Virus record (IMG/VR): IMGVR_UViG_3300005805_000225
Location: 1 to 36,643 of that record
Source: a virus
Taxonomy: Duplodnaviria; Caudoviricetes
Reading direction: 5' to 3' (one strand)
Length of the DNA stretch: 36,643 nt
The translations under genes and the position numbers were made by a program. The notes under the pieces are model-generated. The model had not been told where the DNA came from. It made no database searches and was given only the letters and a program-made list of their open reading frames with translations. The first letter of the stretch is position 1. Each line of letters opens with the position of its first letter. This document shows, piece after piece, positions 14,216 to 25,144 of the stretch.

Positions 14216-14404
14216 CTACTTCTTCTTGCGTCCAAACTCTGGCGCATTTGGGTCTAGCCATTTAAGGACTGGACCAAGGAAGCCTGCAAGTGCTGCAGTT
14301 CCTAGTACCTTTACGTCAGTCTCTCCTGCTAGGTAGAGTGCAATAGCAGCAGATGCTGCAGCACGGAACCAGGTGAGAGCTACTTGCTTGAACTGTTCCT
14401 TCAT
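14216..14404 (-). CDS. Holin-like membrane protein
   Basis: 62 aa, two hydrophobic segments, basic tail, directly after the endolysin. Confidence 0.65.
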   Translation of the reverse strand: MKEQFKQVALTWFRAAASAAIALYLAGETDVKVLGTAALAGFLGPVLKWLDPNAPEFGRKKK

Positions 14405-14919
14405 TAGATTGCCTTTCGTTTGTTATTGTGAACCTTGCAACAGGTGCAAACTTCTGCCTCTGCTGGTTTCTTCTTAGGCTTAGGCGATAACTTAGCCTTC
14501 ACCTGATTCACAATCTTAGGTTGATTCATCCACCAGAACCAAGGGCTAGTATCGCCAGCGGTATCAGGATTGATAGAAATATGAAGATGCTTAGTGTGAG
14601 GGTTGCTACCAGTGTAAACACGATTGCCAGACTTAGCCAACTTGCGTGACCAAATTTTCTTATTGAAGATAAGGTAAGTAACCCTTTCATCTTCCTTAAG
14701 TTTTTCAAAGATAACTGCACAATCAACCCCACCTTCTGGGTCGTGGGTCAAGTCAACAGCAAGACCGGTATTATGATCGCTGTTCGGACTGGCTACTAGG
14801 TGAGCCGATGAAGGCAATAATCCGTCTGACAGTTTCTTGCGCTTGGGCCACAACGCTGTCGCTTGCCTCAGAACAGCAATAGCCGCAGGACTCGCTACCT
14901 TCGCAACCTTGGGTTTCAT
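14404..14919 (-). CDS. Endolysin, M15-like zinc peptidase
   Basis: SDHNTGLAVD (SxH..D) and HTKHLHIS (HxH) zinc ligands; flanked by membrane-protein genes. Confidence 0.7.
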   Translation of the reverse strand: MKPKVAKVASPAAIAVLRQATALWPKRKKLSDGLLPSSAHLVASPNSDHNTGLAVDLTHDPEGGVDCAVIFEKLKEDERVTYLIFNKKIWSRKLAKSGNRVYTGSNPHTKHLHISINPDTAGDTSPWFWWMNQPKIVNQVKAKLSPKPKKKPAEAEVCTCCKVHNNKRKAI

Positions 14920-15123
14920 TCATCTCCTAATGGCTTCCTTGACTAAATCTGTGAGCAGGTCAACCTTCTGCTCTAATGCGTTTACTTTGTCCTTAATGGA
15001 CGACCCACCATTGGGCTTTAACTCGGTTAGGTAATGCTTTACAAGCCACCTTACAAGGCCTGCAAAGGCTGTTACAAGGGTTGTTACAGCTACGGCTATG
15101 CCAGCCCATTCGGTAGGGGTCAT
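14920..15123 (-). CDS. Membrane protein with coiled coil (lysis cassette)
   Basis: One TM helix, then LKPNGGSSIKDKV and a coiled coil. Confidence 0.65.
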   Translation of the reverse strand: MTPTEWAGIAVAVTTLVTAFAGLVRWLVKHYLTELKPNGGSSIKDKVNALEQKVDLLTDLVKEAIRR

Positions 15124-15132
15124 TTAAGGCTC

Positions 15133-17334
15133 CTATACGGATCTAATGGTGACAAGCAAGGTACCTCCAAAGCCGGAGAATCTCTTGTCAGTAGGTGTGC
15201 GGTTAATGAAATCCATCTCTTCGATAAGTCCAATATATGACTCACCGGTTCTAAAGTCTTGGACACGGATGGTGTCGCCCAAGTTCTCTACTGCTTCTAA
15301 CTGCTGCATACGATCCCAAGCGCTACCTTCGTAGCCAACTTCAACTCCGAACTTATCGCTCTCGTGGTCATAGCAGAAGACTGGGTATTGGATTAGTCGC
15401 TGTCTTGGGATAGCAGGCAAAGCCTTGATTTGATATCCGTTGAAGATAGGACCTTTGGTGTTATCGCTAGAAGACCTAGACATTACAAACTTAAAGCCAA
15501 GATATTCTTGTGCAGAACTAGGATAAGGGATACCGGTCTCACCGATATCATCTCCTTGAGCATAGTTACCAATGATGTATTCCGTGCCAGCATCGTCAAT
15601 AGAATCAATCTCTAGACTTCCATCGGTAGAGATAAATCTAGGTAGAACTAACTTAAATATCTTAGGCTCTAATGTGTTGTAGCGGATGTAACCTGTCTGT
15701 AGGTAACCGTTCTCTACAAGTCTGCCTGTATCTGTAGCGGTCTCTATGTAGACTGCGCCATCGGTAGTAGCGTAGTTAGTTGTAAATGCTAGGCGGTCTG
15801 TTCCATTGATAAATGCACAGGCGGTAGTCTTACGACCTGAGCCTGCAGCGTAGTAAGTATCCCAGGCATAAGGGAATATCAACTGACCCAACTGCTGGCC
15901 TAGATCAATACGAGTAGTTCCAGGTGCGCCATCAACATTGGTTGCACACCAGACATATCTGTCTCTAGCTGCAAAGTCATAGACTGGTTGCTTTGATTCA
16001 AATAGTAACGGGCCATAGGCTAATGAGCCATCATCGGATACTGCTGCTACTCGTACACCCTTAGATGTACCAATAAGCATATAGCCAAGGTAATAATAGA
16101 TTCTAAAGATTAGTTCACCTACTGGCATTTCAGCGGCAGTAATGGCGCTGGTCAAGGTAGGCATAGCACCAGCAGTAGTAAGTGTGAACTTCTGGATATT
16201 AGATTGTCCACCAGAGTATCCGGCAACATAGATTGCAGCACCAGATGAAGTGATGGTGGTATAGACAAAGTTATCTACTGGGTGGGTATAAACAGCAGTA
16301 GGTAGAGCAGTTGCTGTTGTTGAAACTTCAAATACTTTGTTATTGATACAGGTAACGATACGCTCTTTAGTGAACTCCATCTGAGCTGTGTTGACTATGA
16401 TGGAGGTAGTCTTAAACATCTCAGTAGCTGCTACCGTTGCATCATCATTTAATAACTTCTTGTACATAGCAGTCTTATCGGTACCGGCATCGTCAATCAA
16501 AGCTATCCAGTAGGCATAGACTCCATCGTCGCAGTAAGCATAAATCTTATATGCGCCAACTACTGCATAGTCCTGGAAGTGGGTATCGTTGCTGTATACA
16601 GTTCCTGTTGCAGCGGTAGAAGTTACGTTAGATGCAGTCTTAGCGTATGAGAATGTAGTGCTGGTTACTGCTGTGATCGTATAAGAACCATTGAATGTAG
16701 CATCTACGCCGCTTACCTCAGCGGTCATACCTACTGCAAAGCCGTGAGCAGCAGAGGTAGTAAGGGTAGCCACGTTAGAAGTCAAAGCCTTATTGGTAAC
16801 GGTTGCAGTGATGGTTGGATAGACCTTGTTCATATCGTAACCATCTAGTAATAAACAACCCTGATAGGTGTTACCGCTCTTGGTCCACTCGATAGAACGT
16901 AGGTATTGACCAGGCTTACCGTTAGATTGGATAGCAGTAGTAGTGTTATGACCAACATCAACATCGTTGATAAGGGTTACTTGACCCTTCTCCCAGACAT
17001 TTAGACCTTTGCTTTCGGTATATTGAAAGCGAAGCGACTCATCCTGTAGAGGTTCAAAGTATTTAATGCCTTGACCGAAATGGAAGGACGACTGAGATCT
17101 AAGCCACCAACCGGTAAGAGTCTGTTCACCAGGTTCTCTTGATTGGTCAATCTGTTGCTTACGATACTGCGCTGTAACCCTGCGATAAGGGGTATCGTCA
17201 GATGCAGCAAGGAAGAACGGTAAGCCAGCAAAGGCTATATCGTAGGCCTCGCCAGTTGTTGAGTAACTGGTAGCACCTGCAGGGTTCGAGAGGCTATAGG
17301 GTAAGCCTTCGGTGACATCAGATCCGTAGGACAA
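15133..17334 (-). CDS. Tail protein (nozzle/tubular B-like), 733 aa
   Basis: Beta-rich, size and position in the tail module; inserted Thr-rich domain (TTSAAHGFAVG...FNGSYTITAVTSTTFSY). Confidence 0.6.
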   Translation of the reverse strand: MSYGSDVTEGLPYSLSNPAGATSYSTTGEAYDIAFAGLPFFLAASDDTPYRRVTAQYRKQQIDQSREPGEQTLTGWWLRSQSSFHFGQGIKYFEPLQDESLRFQYTESKGLNVWEKGQVTLINDVDVGHNTTTAIQSNGKPGQYLRSIEWTKSGNTYQGCLLLDGYDMNKVYPTITATVTNKALTSNVATLTTSAAHGFAVGMTAEVSGVDATFNGSYTITAVTSTTFSYAKTASNVTSTAATGTVYSNDTHFQDYAVVGAYKIYAYCDDGVYAYWIALIDDAGTDKTAMYKKLLNDDATVAATEMFKTTSIIVNTAQMEFTKERIVTCINNKVFEVSTTATALPTAVYTHPVDNFVYTTITSSGAAIYVAGYSGGQSNIQKFTLTTAGAMPTLTSAITAAEMPVGELIFRIYYYLGYMLIGTSKGVRVAAVSDDGSLAYGPLLFESKQPVYDFAARDRYVWCATNVDGAPGTTRIDLGQQLGQLIFPYAWDTYYAAGSGRKTTACAFINGTDRLAFTTNYATTDGAVYIETATDTGRLVENGYLQTGYIRYNTLEPKIFKLVLPRFISTDGSLEIDSIDDAGTEYIIGNYAQGDDIGETGIPYPSSAQEYLGFKFVMSRSSSDNTKGPIFNGYQIKALPAIPRQRLIQYPVFCYDHESDKFGVEVGYEGSAWDRMQQLEAVENLGDTIRVQDFRTGESYIGLIEEMDFINRTPTDKRFSGFGGTLLVTIRSV

Positions 17335-17345
17335 TTACCTACTCC

Positions 17346-17570
17346 TTACTTAGAAAGGGCTGCGATTTCTTCTGCGGTTAAACCAAGTGCTGCAAGTTTC
17401 GCCTGAGCGCTTGCCTTAGCAGCCTCAGCCTCAGCCTTTGCTGCTTCTTCTGCGGCCTTAGCCTCAGCGAACGCTGCTGCATCAGCCTCTCTTTGTTCTA
17501 TTTCCTCGGCGGTTAATTCAACCTCTGAGGTGATTCCGGTGGAGCAGTCCACTATGAGTTTAGTTGGCAT
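17346..17570 (-). CDS. Fibre-associated Ala/Glu-rich small protein
   Basis: ELTAEEI...AKASAQAKLAALGLTAEEIAAL; GAAAGGA RBS. Confidence 0.7.
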   Translation of the reverse strand: MPTKLIVDCSTGITSEVELTAEEIEQREADAAAFAEAKAAEEAAKAEAEAAKASAQAKLAALGLTAEEIAALSK

Positions 17571-17581
17571 TGTTTCCTTTC

Positions 17582-18103
17582 CTAACTGGATTTTATTCCG
17601 TAAATTGTTGCTGACGAATTTACAACCCAGTTACCAGTATTGGTTTCTAATTTAACTGAGGTTATAGCAGATGAATTACTCCAATATCCAGCAGTAAGGG
17701 CTAAAACTCCCCCATCTTGTGCATTCTGCTCACTGACGGAATCACTAGAAATAGATTTATTATTGCTTGAAAGATAATTTGGTATGTAGATTTCTCCGTT
17801 TGAAAATGTTGATGCGGTTGCATTGGCAGCAGAGCCATACATATACCGGAAATTGGCTTGGTTTGATGAAGAAACAGAACCGTTTTGTGTTCCAGTTCCA
17901 TAAAGTAACAGATAATAATAACCACTGCCATTACCATTGAAGGTGACACGGAAACCGCCATCGGTAAAGGTGGCAGCCTCTGTGCTTCTCAAAGAAAATT
18001 TAACTAATAAATCGGTATAAGTATTAGGTATGTTTGTAAATTCAATACTAGTGCCTTGACTTGCAAGAGAGGTGGTGGCTATTGCTACATAAGTGTTTGC
18101 CAT
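17582..18103 (-). CDS. Virion fibre/adhesin-like protein, paralog 3
   Basis: TYVAIAT...FTNIPNTYTDL...SAITSV...ATIYGIK. Confidence 0.7.
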   Translation of the reverse strand: MANTYVAIATTSLASQGTSIEFTNIPNTYTDLLVKFSLRSTEAATFTDGGFRVTFNGNGSGYYYLLLYGTGTQNGSVSSSNQANFRYMYGSAANATASTFSNGEIYIPNYLSSNNKSISSDSVSEQNAQDGGVLALTAGYWSNSSAITSVKLETNTGNWVVNSSATIYGIKSS

Positions 18104-18594
18104 TATGCCGCCTTTATTCCGTAGAGGGTGAAGGTGCTACCTGAAGAAAATGTTCCTGTGTGCGTTTTCACATCAATAGTTGTAATCGCAGATGTGGAAC
18201 GCCATAAACCAACGATTGCATCCGTGCCTGTGCTAGCATTATTGAAACGACTTAAAACAGTTTTATATGTAGTGGCATTTGAATAATTCATAATGCTAAT
18301 AATCGCATTGGCTCTAAATGTAGTCTGAACATAACCTTGAAAATTAACCTCTATAGAAGTTTGATTACTTGCACGGCTAGAAATAGCAGAAGAACCCGAA
18401 CCACCAAGATTAGTTTTAGAATAATTGGAACCTGTGTCGCTGTTAAATTGCATCAAAACATTTATGTCGGTTGAACCGGCAAGACCAAGAACCAAAACTA
18501 AATCGGTGTAACTTCCACTAATGCTAGAAAATGTCAGAGTTGCAGCGGTGCTTCCAAGCGTTGTCGTTGCTATCGGTTCATAAGTCGCTGTCAT
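18103..18594 (-). CDS. Virion fibre/adhesin-like protein, paralog 2
   Basis: TYEPIAT...FSSISGSYTDL...SAITTI...FTLYGIK. Confidence 0.7.
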   Translation of the reverse strand: MTATYEPIATTTLGSTAATLTFSSISGSYTDLVLVLGLAGSTDINVLMQFNSDTGSNYSKTNLGGSGSSAISSRASNQTSIEVNFQGYVQTTFRANAIISIMNYSNATTYKTVLSRFNNASTGTDAIVGLWRSTSAITTIDVKTHTGTFSSGSTFTLYGIKAA

Positions 18595-18597
18595 TGG

Positions 18598-19176
18598 TTA
18601 TGCAACTCCTTTTATTCCGTAAAGCGCGAAGTGTGAGTATTGTAGAAAATTAGAGCCAACATTAGGCGTGAATGTTAAAGTGGTAATTGCACTTGTGTTA
18701 TTCCATAAACCGGAACTCAACCAAATTTCACCAGCGCCATTCAAGTCTACTCCACCTAGACATCTGATTGTTGTGTTTTTGTTTGTGTTTGCATAATCTA
18801 AAACATCTATAATTAGACCGCCCCAAATGCTAGTAGCCGAAGTATTACCGGCCGCACGAAATGTCACAATTTCATTTAGATTAGCGCCACCATCGGCAAA
18901 GGCAGAAGCGCCATCGCCATATAATCCGTGCCAAGCATAAGGAGAACCTGTGCTCACACTATTCATACGCATTCGCACACCATCTCTGTTTAGTGCTCGG
19001 TCTGTTTTAGCAAACATTCTCACTTGTAAATGCGTGTATGTTCCAGGAATAGAAGTGAACTCAGCGCTAGCAGCGCCGCCAGAGCCAACGGTAACGGTGG
19101 CTATGGATTCAAAAGAGGTGGTTGAAACTCCGCCAGTTACAGCAGATGCAAAAATACCAAGAATTGGTGGAGTCAT
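18598..19176 (-). CDS. Virion fibre/adhesin-like protein, paralog 1
   Basis: SFESIAT...FTSIPGTYTHL...SAITTL...FALYGIK; extra N-terminal ILGIFASA peptide. Confidence 0.7.
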   Translation of the reverse strand: MTPPILGIFASAVTGGVSTTSFESIATVTVGSGGAASAEFTSIPGTYTHLQVRMFAKTDRALNRDGVRMRMNSVSTGSPYAWHGLYGDGASAFADGGANLNEIVTFRAAGNTSATSIWGGLIIDVLDYANTNKNTTIRCLGGVDLNGAGEIWLSSGLWNNTSAITTLTFTPNVGSNFLQYSHFALYGIKGVA

Positions 19177-19592
19177 TGCAATAGATCTCCAATCACTGTA
19201 AAGGTATTACTAGCAGTGCAGATGACAGATGCTGCAGAGTATTGCTCTCTAAGTTTAGGAGCAGATGAAGTAGCACCATTTGAGGTAATGGTAGTTCCGC
19301 TTGCACCAGCAAACGATACTTGTCCAGCACCTATTTGCTGCACATTGACAATATCGTTAGCAGAATAAACCGATGCTGGGATAGTCACTGTAATTGCAGA
19401 TGCGTTAGAGCAGGTAACGATTTTGTCTTTATCACCAATAACCAAGGTATAAGTTGTACCGGTCTGGGCATTGAAGCCAGCAAGATTGGTGCCAGAGGCA
19501 CCGGTTGCTCCGGTAGTACCTGTCGGCCCAGTCGGTCCTGTCGGTCCGGTAGGTCCTACGGTATTGGGATTAGGCGTGATTCCGACTGACAT
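19173..19592 (-). CDS. Short collagen-like fibre protein with a C-terminal beta domain
   Basis: (GPT)n/GAT repeats, then NAQTGTTYTL...VIGDL, paralogous to the end of 19924..20781. Confidence 0.75.
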   Translation of the reverse strand: MSVGITPNPNTVGPTGPTGPTGPTGTTGATGASGTNLAGFNAQTGTTYTLVIGDKDKIVTCSNASAITVTIPASVYSANDIVNVQQIGAGQVSFAGASGTTITSNGATSSAPKLREQYSAASVICTASNTFTVIGDLLQ

Positions 19593-19924
19593 TAGGCTAT
19601 CTCCGATCCGAACGCACTAAACGAACTTGTACCGTTAGTCGAATAGATTGTAATTACATCTGTTGCGTTAACGGTAATACCGCCAGTGTAGGTAAATGTT
19701 GCACCGGCAGAAAGACTTAAACCATAAACAAGGTAATGTTCATTTGCTAAAGTTGCACCATCAGGACGAACTGCGATACGGATAACATCAGCAGTTGATG
19801 CGTGGGTATTGACCACATTGATAGTAGAGATAATTGCCTCTGTAGCAGAAGGCACTGTATACAGCGTTGATGCTACAGTAGCCGAAGGTGCCGACTGTCC
19901 TAGTACTTTATATGTAGTTGCCAT
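19592..19924 (-). CDS. Small beta-rich virion protein, 110 aa
   Basis: MATTYKVLGQ...SFSAFGSEI; coupled within the fibre cluster. Confidence 0.7.
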   Translation of the reverse strand: MATTYKVLGQSAPSATVASTLYTVPSATEAIISTINVVNTHASTADVIRIAVRPDGATLANEHYLVYGLSLSAGATFTYTGGITVNATDVITIYSTNGTSSFSAFGSEIA

Positions 19925-20781
19925 TACGCAATATCTCCAATCACTGTCCAGGAATCTGTGCCAGTCTTGATAATGCTTGCTGCAGAGTATTGCGCTCTAG
20001 TTACCGGAGCAGTAGCAGTAGCGCCGGTTGATGTAATGGTAACTCCGCTTGCTCCTTGGATAGTTACCTGTCCTGCACCAATCTGTTGAATGTTGATAAT
20101 TGCGCCGGTTGCGTATGCAACAGATGAGTTAAGTGGCACAGTTACTGTTATGGCAGCAGCGTTATTAAGGGTAACTAGACGACCATTATCTGTTAGCACC
20201 AGGGTATATGTAGTTCCTGTCTGGGCATTAAGGGTTAGGTTCTGCCTAGCATCATTGATTGTAGGCGTATTAAGAGTTGGGCTAGTCAGTGTCTTATTGG
20301 TTAATGTATCAGTTGTATCTTTACCAACTAAGGTATCTGTGGCTGCTGGAAGCGTTAGAGTTCCTGAAGCAACTGCGGCTGCCTGTACCGTTGTAGTACC
20401 AGAAGATGATCCAGAGAATGCAAAGGAATCTACTGGGCTGGTGTTTGACTCAAACCAACTTAAATCATCAGAGGTAAGGACGTGCTTTACTGTAGCGCCA
20501 GATGAATGTGATACTCCGGTAGATCCAGCCCTAGCACGAACGATTGTTAGGGTATCGCTTGAGACATACTGGACGAAGCAGATTTCCTCGTTAGTAGTAT
20601 CAGGGTCGATTGCGATTGTGAACTGGTCAGGATAGACACCGCCGACCGAGGCACCGAGAGTTACTCCACCTAACAAGGCAGAGGCAGTACCAGTGGCAAC
20701 AGTAGCAGTGGTTGTGCTGCTATTAATACCAGATGCCAGCGTAGTCTCTACGCTGATAGATGAGAACTTACGGTTAGCCAT
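19924..20781 (-). CDS. Tail fibre protein
   Basis: Thr/Ser-rich; TLTIVRARAGS..HSSGATV anchor-like domain, TDTLTNKTLTSP shaft motif. Confidence 0.75.
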   Translation of the reverse strand: MANRKFSSISVETTLASGINSSTTTATVATGTASALLGGVTLGASVGGVYPDQFTIAIDPDTTNEEICFVQYVSSDTLTIVRARAGSTGVSHSSGATVKHVLTSDDLSWFESNTSPVDSFAFSGSSSGTTTVQAAAVASGTLTLPAATDTLVGKDTTDTLTNKTLTSPTLNTPTINDARQNLTLNAQTGTTYTLVLTDNGRLVTLNNAAAITVTVPLNSSVAYATGAIINIQQIGAGQVTIQGASGVTITSTGATATAPVTRAQYSAASIIKTGTDSWTVIGDIA

Positions 20782-20790
20782 AGTCCTTCC

Positions 20791-21693
20791 TTACTTCGTG
20801 TAATGTAGGCGAATCGGATATTTGTCAGACAACTTCAGTGCCTCCTCTTGAAGTCTCTGTTGATATAAAGCAAAGATGTAACGGGATGCAGAAGCACCAG
20901 AGTTATATGGATTCTTAGTATCGTTAAGATCAGCCTCAGCGCTACTTAGGTTTATTCTGCCAGCGTCAAGGAAAGAGAGAAGTTTGTACGAAGCACCAAG
21001 GACAGTGACATCATAAGTGCTAGCAGGTAAACCAGTAACATCCTCATAATCGTCGGTACTAGAATCAAGGGTATTTGGTTCTGTGGTGTACCACACTTGA
21101 ACTGTACGTCCAGGTTGAATGTTTTCATAGATATTCACCGTATTGTTCGTATCAAAGGTTGCAGAGTTAGCCATTGGGTCCATACGCCAACGGTTGATAG
21201 GTAGCCATTCTTGGCTAGAGCCAGTAGTCTGCCAAGACATATAAAGAATTTGTTCTGCATCATCAGGTAGTGCATAGGTAACCTGAGAGGCATTAAAGGT
21301 AAAGGTTGTTGAAGCAACAGACCAGAGCTTAGGATAGTAACTGTTGATAGTGTCGTTAATAGCCTTCTTAATGTTAACCCTTGGGAATGTTGGAGATAAG
21401 GTTACTTGGGCATATTGTGAGTGAGGAGCAGCAGTAGTTCCCTGATAACCTCTACCAAAGCCTGGGGCTACAGTCATAGTGTTAGTTGACTGCGAGAATG
21501 AATCAATCCAGATCAATTCGTCATCAATCTCAATGACGCCTTTAGCAAGGTTGTTAGCAGAACCGACAGTTATAGAATTGCTGGTAGTAGTCAAACCACC
21601 TGAATTGGTTACATAAGTTAAGCGATCTTGACGAAGAGCATAGCCTTGTAGATTGGCTCTGATCTCATCAATCATTTCTCCCAGTGTTGGCAT
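20791..21693 (-). CDS. Head-tail adaptor / tail tubular A-like protein
   Basis: TLGEMIDEIRANL, INDTIN, YALP, ALYQQRLQEE; start trimmed to MPTL after a GAAGGA RBS. Confidence 0.6.
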   Translation of the reverse strand: MPTLGEMIDEIRANLQGYALRQDRLTYVTNSGGLTTTSNSITVGSANNLAKGVIEIDDELIWIDSFSQSTNTMTVAPGFGRGYQGTTAAPHSQYAQVTLSPTFPRVNIKKAINDTINSYYPKLWSVASTTFTFNASQVTYALPDDAEQILYMSWQTTGSSQEWLPINRWRMDPMANSATFDTNNTVNIYENIQPGRTVQVWYTTEPNTLDSSTDDYEDVTGLPASTYDVTVLGASYKLLSFLDAGRINLSSAEADLNDTKNPYNSGASASRYIFALYQQRLQEEALKLSDKYPIRLHYTK

Positions 21694-22753
21694 TGTTTCC
21701 TTCCGTATACCAGCCATCCCCCCACAAGGTCTCTAACCTGCGGAAGTAGTTCTCATACTGTTTGGCTATGACATCTACAGAGTAGAGCGATACAGCCCTA
21801 TCTCTAATAGCCTGCCTATCCAAGTTCTTTACATTCTGTGTTGCCAAGATAAACTCTTCAACATTACGACATCTAAAGCCAGTAACACCTTGCACTACTG
21901 TCTCTGTAAATGCACCCCAGTCTGTTGTTATCACTGGAGTTCCACAAGCCTGTGACTCGATATTCACATTGCCAAATGGTTCTAAGTAAAGCGTTGGGAC
22001 GAATGTAGCTATAGCTCCACCCATCAACTCTGCCCGCTTCTCAGGTCCAACAGGTCCTAGATACTCACCATAATTTGGTATGTGTGGTCCTGGTCCTGCA
22101 AATATCAACTTAGCGCCGATTACTTTGCAGATATGCGCTGCAATATCTACGCCTTTTCTTGGAATCATTCTGCCTATGTAAAGGTAATAACCTCCATCGC
22201 CTTTACCTAGTGGGAACATCTCAGGATCTAGATAGCCTGGGATTACCGCATCAAAGAATGAACCATCCACCATTGCAGCATTCTGATGCTGGGCATAGAT
22301 TGCGTGCATCCAAGCATAGGATTCAAAAACTCTATACTTAGCAAATACTCCTGCGTATCCAACACCAAACTCTACTGTCATCATTTCCGGTAGAGCATCT
22401 GCGATTGGCTTGTGGCTACCGCCACCGATTACGCATACAAAATCTTTTTGTTCGGCTCGCTTACGGATTTCCTTAGCAGCCTTCTTATTAAACTTTTCCC
22501 AATGTGGCAAGCGATAGTCAAAAGGCGCTTCGACATAAGGTTTCTTGCCTACTACTATTCTGCGCTGTGTCTCAGTTATGCAGGGAATCAGTTCATCTAC
22601 ATCTGCCTCATTTTCTTCTCCGGCATATAAGTAGACTGTATGGCCTAGACCTTTCATCATATTACAGAAGCGTCTGACCTTTTCGGTGTATGCACACCCA
22701 GCGAAGGCTTTAGTTACTTGGGTATGTGGCAGTGCCACTACGTGGAATCTCAT
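21668..22753 (-). CDS. Glycosyltransferase, GT-B fold (GT4)
   Basis: YIGRMIPRKG, EPFGNVNIESQACGTPVITTDWGAFTETV..GVTGF. Confidence 0.92.
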   Translation of the reverse strand: MRFHVVALPHTQVTKAFAGCAYTEKVRRFCNMMKGLGHTVYLYAGEENEADVDELIPCITETQRRIVVGKKPYVEAPFDYRLPHWEKFNKKAAKEIRKRAEQKDFVCVIGGGSHKPIADALPEMMTVEFGVGYAGVFAKYRVFESYAWMHAIYAQHQNAAMVDGSFFDAVIPGYLDPEMFPLGKGDGGYYLYIGRMIPRKGVDIAAHICKVIGAKLIFAGPGPHIPNYGEYLGPVGPEKRAELMGGAIATFVPTLYLEPFGNVNIESQACGTPVITTDWGAFTETVVQGVTGFRCRNVEEFILATQNVKNLDRQAIRDRAVSLYSVDVIAKQYENYFRRLETLWGDGWYTEGNNANTGRND

Positions 22754-22762
22754 ACCATAAGT

Positions 22763-23343
22763 CTAGTTAAAACCCTGGAAATCAGAGACTAACTCGCCGC
22801 GTAAATCTGAAAATCCTTCATATTGGATTACTAGGTTTGGGTGGGCTATGTAGGCATTAGTCCTATCGGCCCAGAGCCTATAGGCAACATCTATCCATCT
22901 GTCAAACTCTCTGGCTATCTGGATAAATAAATCCACCTTAGCCGGATTTACACAGTAGGCCTGAGTTCCTGTTGAGACTACCTGCCTGACCCAATGTTTA
23001 TTGACTGGCTTGACATCGTTCTTTATAGCGCCAAGATAGAAGATATCCCAATTCTTGGGTAGGTCAGCCATATACTCATCTAGAGCTTCGTTGAAATCTT
23101 CTCTGAAGAAAGCATCATCTTCACAGATTAGAACCATCTCATCAGGTTTAATCTTGCGTAAAACCTCTATGTGGCTGAGTCTGCCAGCATCTATTGGGTC
23201 CATACCCATAACTTTGCCATCCATAGCAGGATGGATTTCAAAGTCAAAGCCTATTCTTTTAGCCTCTTTAGTGAAGGTTTCTAGCCGATCCGAGCGCCTT
23301 GGAACATTGATGACAATGATTCTGTCAAAGTATTTTTCAAGAC

Positions 23344-23347
<4 letters not shown>
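22763..23347 (-). CDS. Glycosyltransferase family 25 (GT-A)
   Basis: [36 protein letters not shown]. Confidence 0.85.
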
Positions 23348-24068
<721 letters not shown>

Positions 24069-24072
<4 letters not shown>

Positions 24073-24413
24073 GAGGTTGTCACCGCTCCTGTCACAATAA
24101 ACTTACCTTCAAGAAGTCTTGTAGTAGTTGCACCAGTTGTAACTACCAAGTCATAGGCATACCTACCAGCAGCGATAGCGCCAGTAGTTGTGGCATCAAT
24201 AGTCACTGTAATTCTGCCATTTGCATTATCAAATACCATACGACCATTAGCAGTAGTTGCAACTACTGTGGTCGTTGAAGCGCCAACAAATGGGCGCACA
24301 GTCATAGTTCCGGTATAGCCAGTTAGATTCCAAGGAGTAGAATCATTCTTGATTTGGAACTGAAAATTAAATGTAGTTGCCTGATCGCAGACTAAGTTAT
24401 ATTTCGCACTCAT
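24069..24413 (-). CDS. Beta-sandwich virion adaptor-like protein
   Basis: DQATTF...[13 protein letters not shown]...GRITVTI...YAYDL...RLLEGKF.V; precedes the collagen gene. Confidence 0.6.
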
Positions 24414-24700
24414 CAGGAAGAGACCTGCCTGAGAGCAGCCGCTGCAGGTAGACCAGAAGTGCTAGCGATGTAATTACATACGCCATTAAAATCAAGCCAA
24501 TCGGCTTTAGAAGCAATCCCAGCGATTTCATTCAAGACTCCTACAGTATCTGTAACAGTAAGAGTGACACTGCGTTCAGCAGCCCATTGCTGGGCAGCCT
24601 TAGCCATATCAACCATATCGGCAGCAATGCGATAGGTACCACCATTTGCAAGACGATTCAACTCATCATTAAGAGTTGTACCATAGACTCCCAGTGCCAC
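24413..24700 (-). CDS. Hypothetical virion protein, 95 aa
   Basis: ORF track; AAGGAG RBS. Confidence 0.75.
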   Translation of the reverse strand: MALGVYGTTLNDELNRLANGGTYRIAADMVDMAKAAQQWAAERSVTLTVTDTVGVLNEIAGIASKADWLDFNGVCNYIASTSGLPAAAALRQVSS

Positions 24701-24710
24701 TTCTTACTCC

Positions 24711-24869
24711 TTACTTCTTCTTTTTTGCTACTGCTGCGTTATCAACCAAGTTAGGATAGGGACGACCTGCTGCCTTAGCTCGCTTCTTAGCGGCAGACTT
24801 TTGTGCAGGCGTTAACTTCTTTGAGGTCTTCTTAGGATTCTTTGTATCCCAAAATGCTTTCTTCTTCAT
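24711..24869 (-). CDS. Small Lys-rich protein, 52 aa
   Basis: Hand-translated MKKKAFWDTKNPKKTSKKLTPAQKSAAKKRAKAAGRPYPNLVDNAAVAKKKK; ATGA overlap. Confidence 0.75.
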   Translation of the reverse strand: MKKKAFWDTKNPKKTSKKLTPAQKSAAKKRAKAAGRPYPNLVDNAAVAKKKK

Positions 24870-25144
24870 CGGCAACTACAATCCCAAGCCCGTAGGGACT
24901 TGTTTATTCTAGAGTTTGGATTCTTTGCAGTTTTTGCAGATGTGAGTTTTGATTTCATACCGCACATCCTTGAGCAGAATGACTTGCGTCTTCCTGCTGC
25001 TTTAGGAGATTTCTTAGCCTCAGCCTTCTTGACTGGTGGCTTCAGGTTCATCCCTTGCGCTTTGGCAGATGCTCTGCCTTTAGCGTTCAATCCACCCTTT
25101 GGGTTCTTACCCTCTGATCTTTGCCAAGCCGGTGACTTTGCCAT
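24866..25144 (-). CDS. Small basic protein (DUF6321-like)
   Basis: GKNPKGGLNAKGR...RRKSFCSRM...SRINKSLRAWDC. Confidence 0.75.
   Translation of the reverse strand: MAKSPAWQRSEGKNPKGGLNAKGRASAKAQGMNLKPPVKKAEAKKSPKAAGRRKSFCSRMCGMKSKLTSAKTAKNPNSRINKSLRAWDCSCR

Noticed and set aside
17582-20781. Diversity-generating retroelement behind the duplicated fibre domains
   Set aside because: No reverse transcriptase, and the copies differ at all base types rather than only at adenines.
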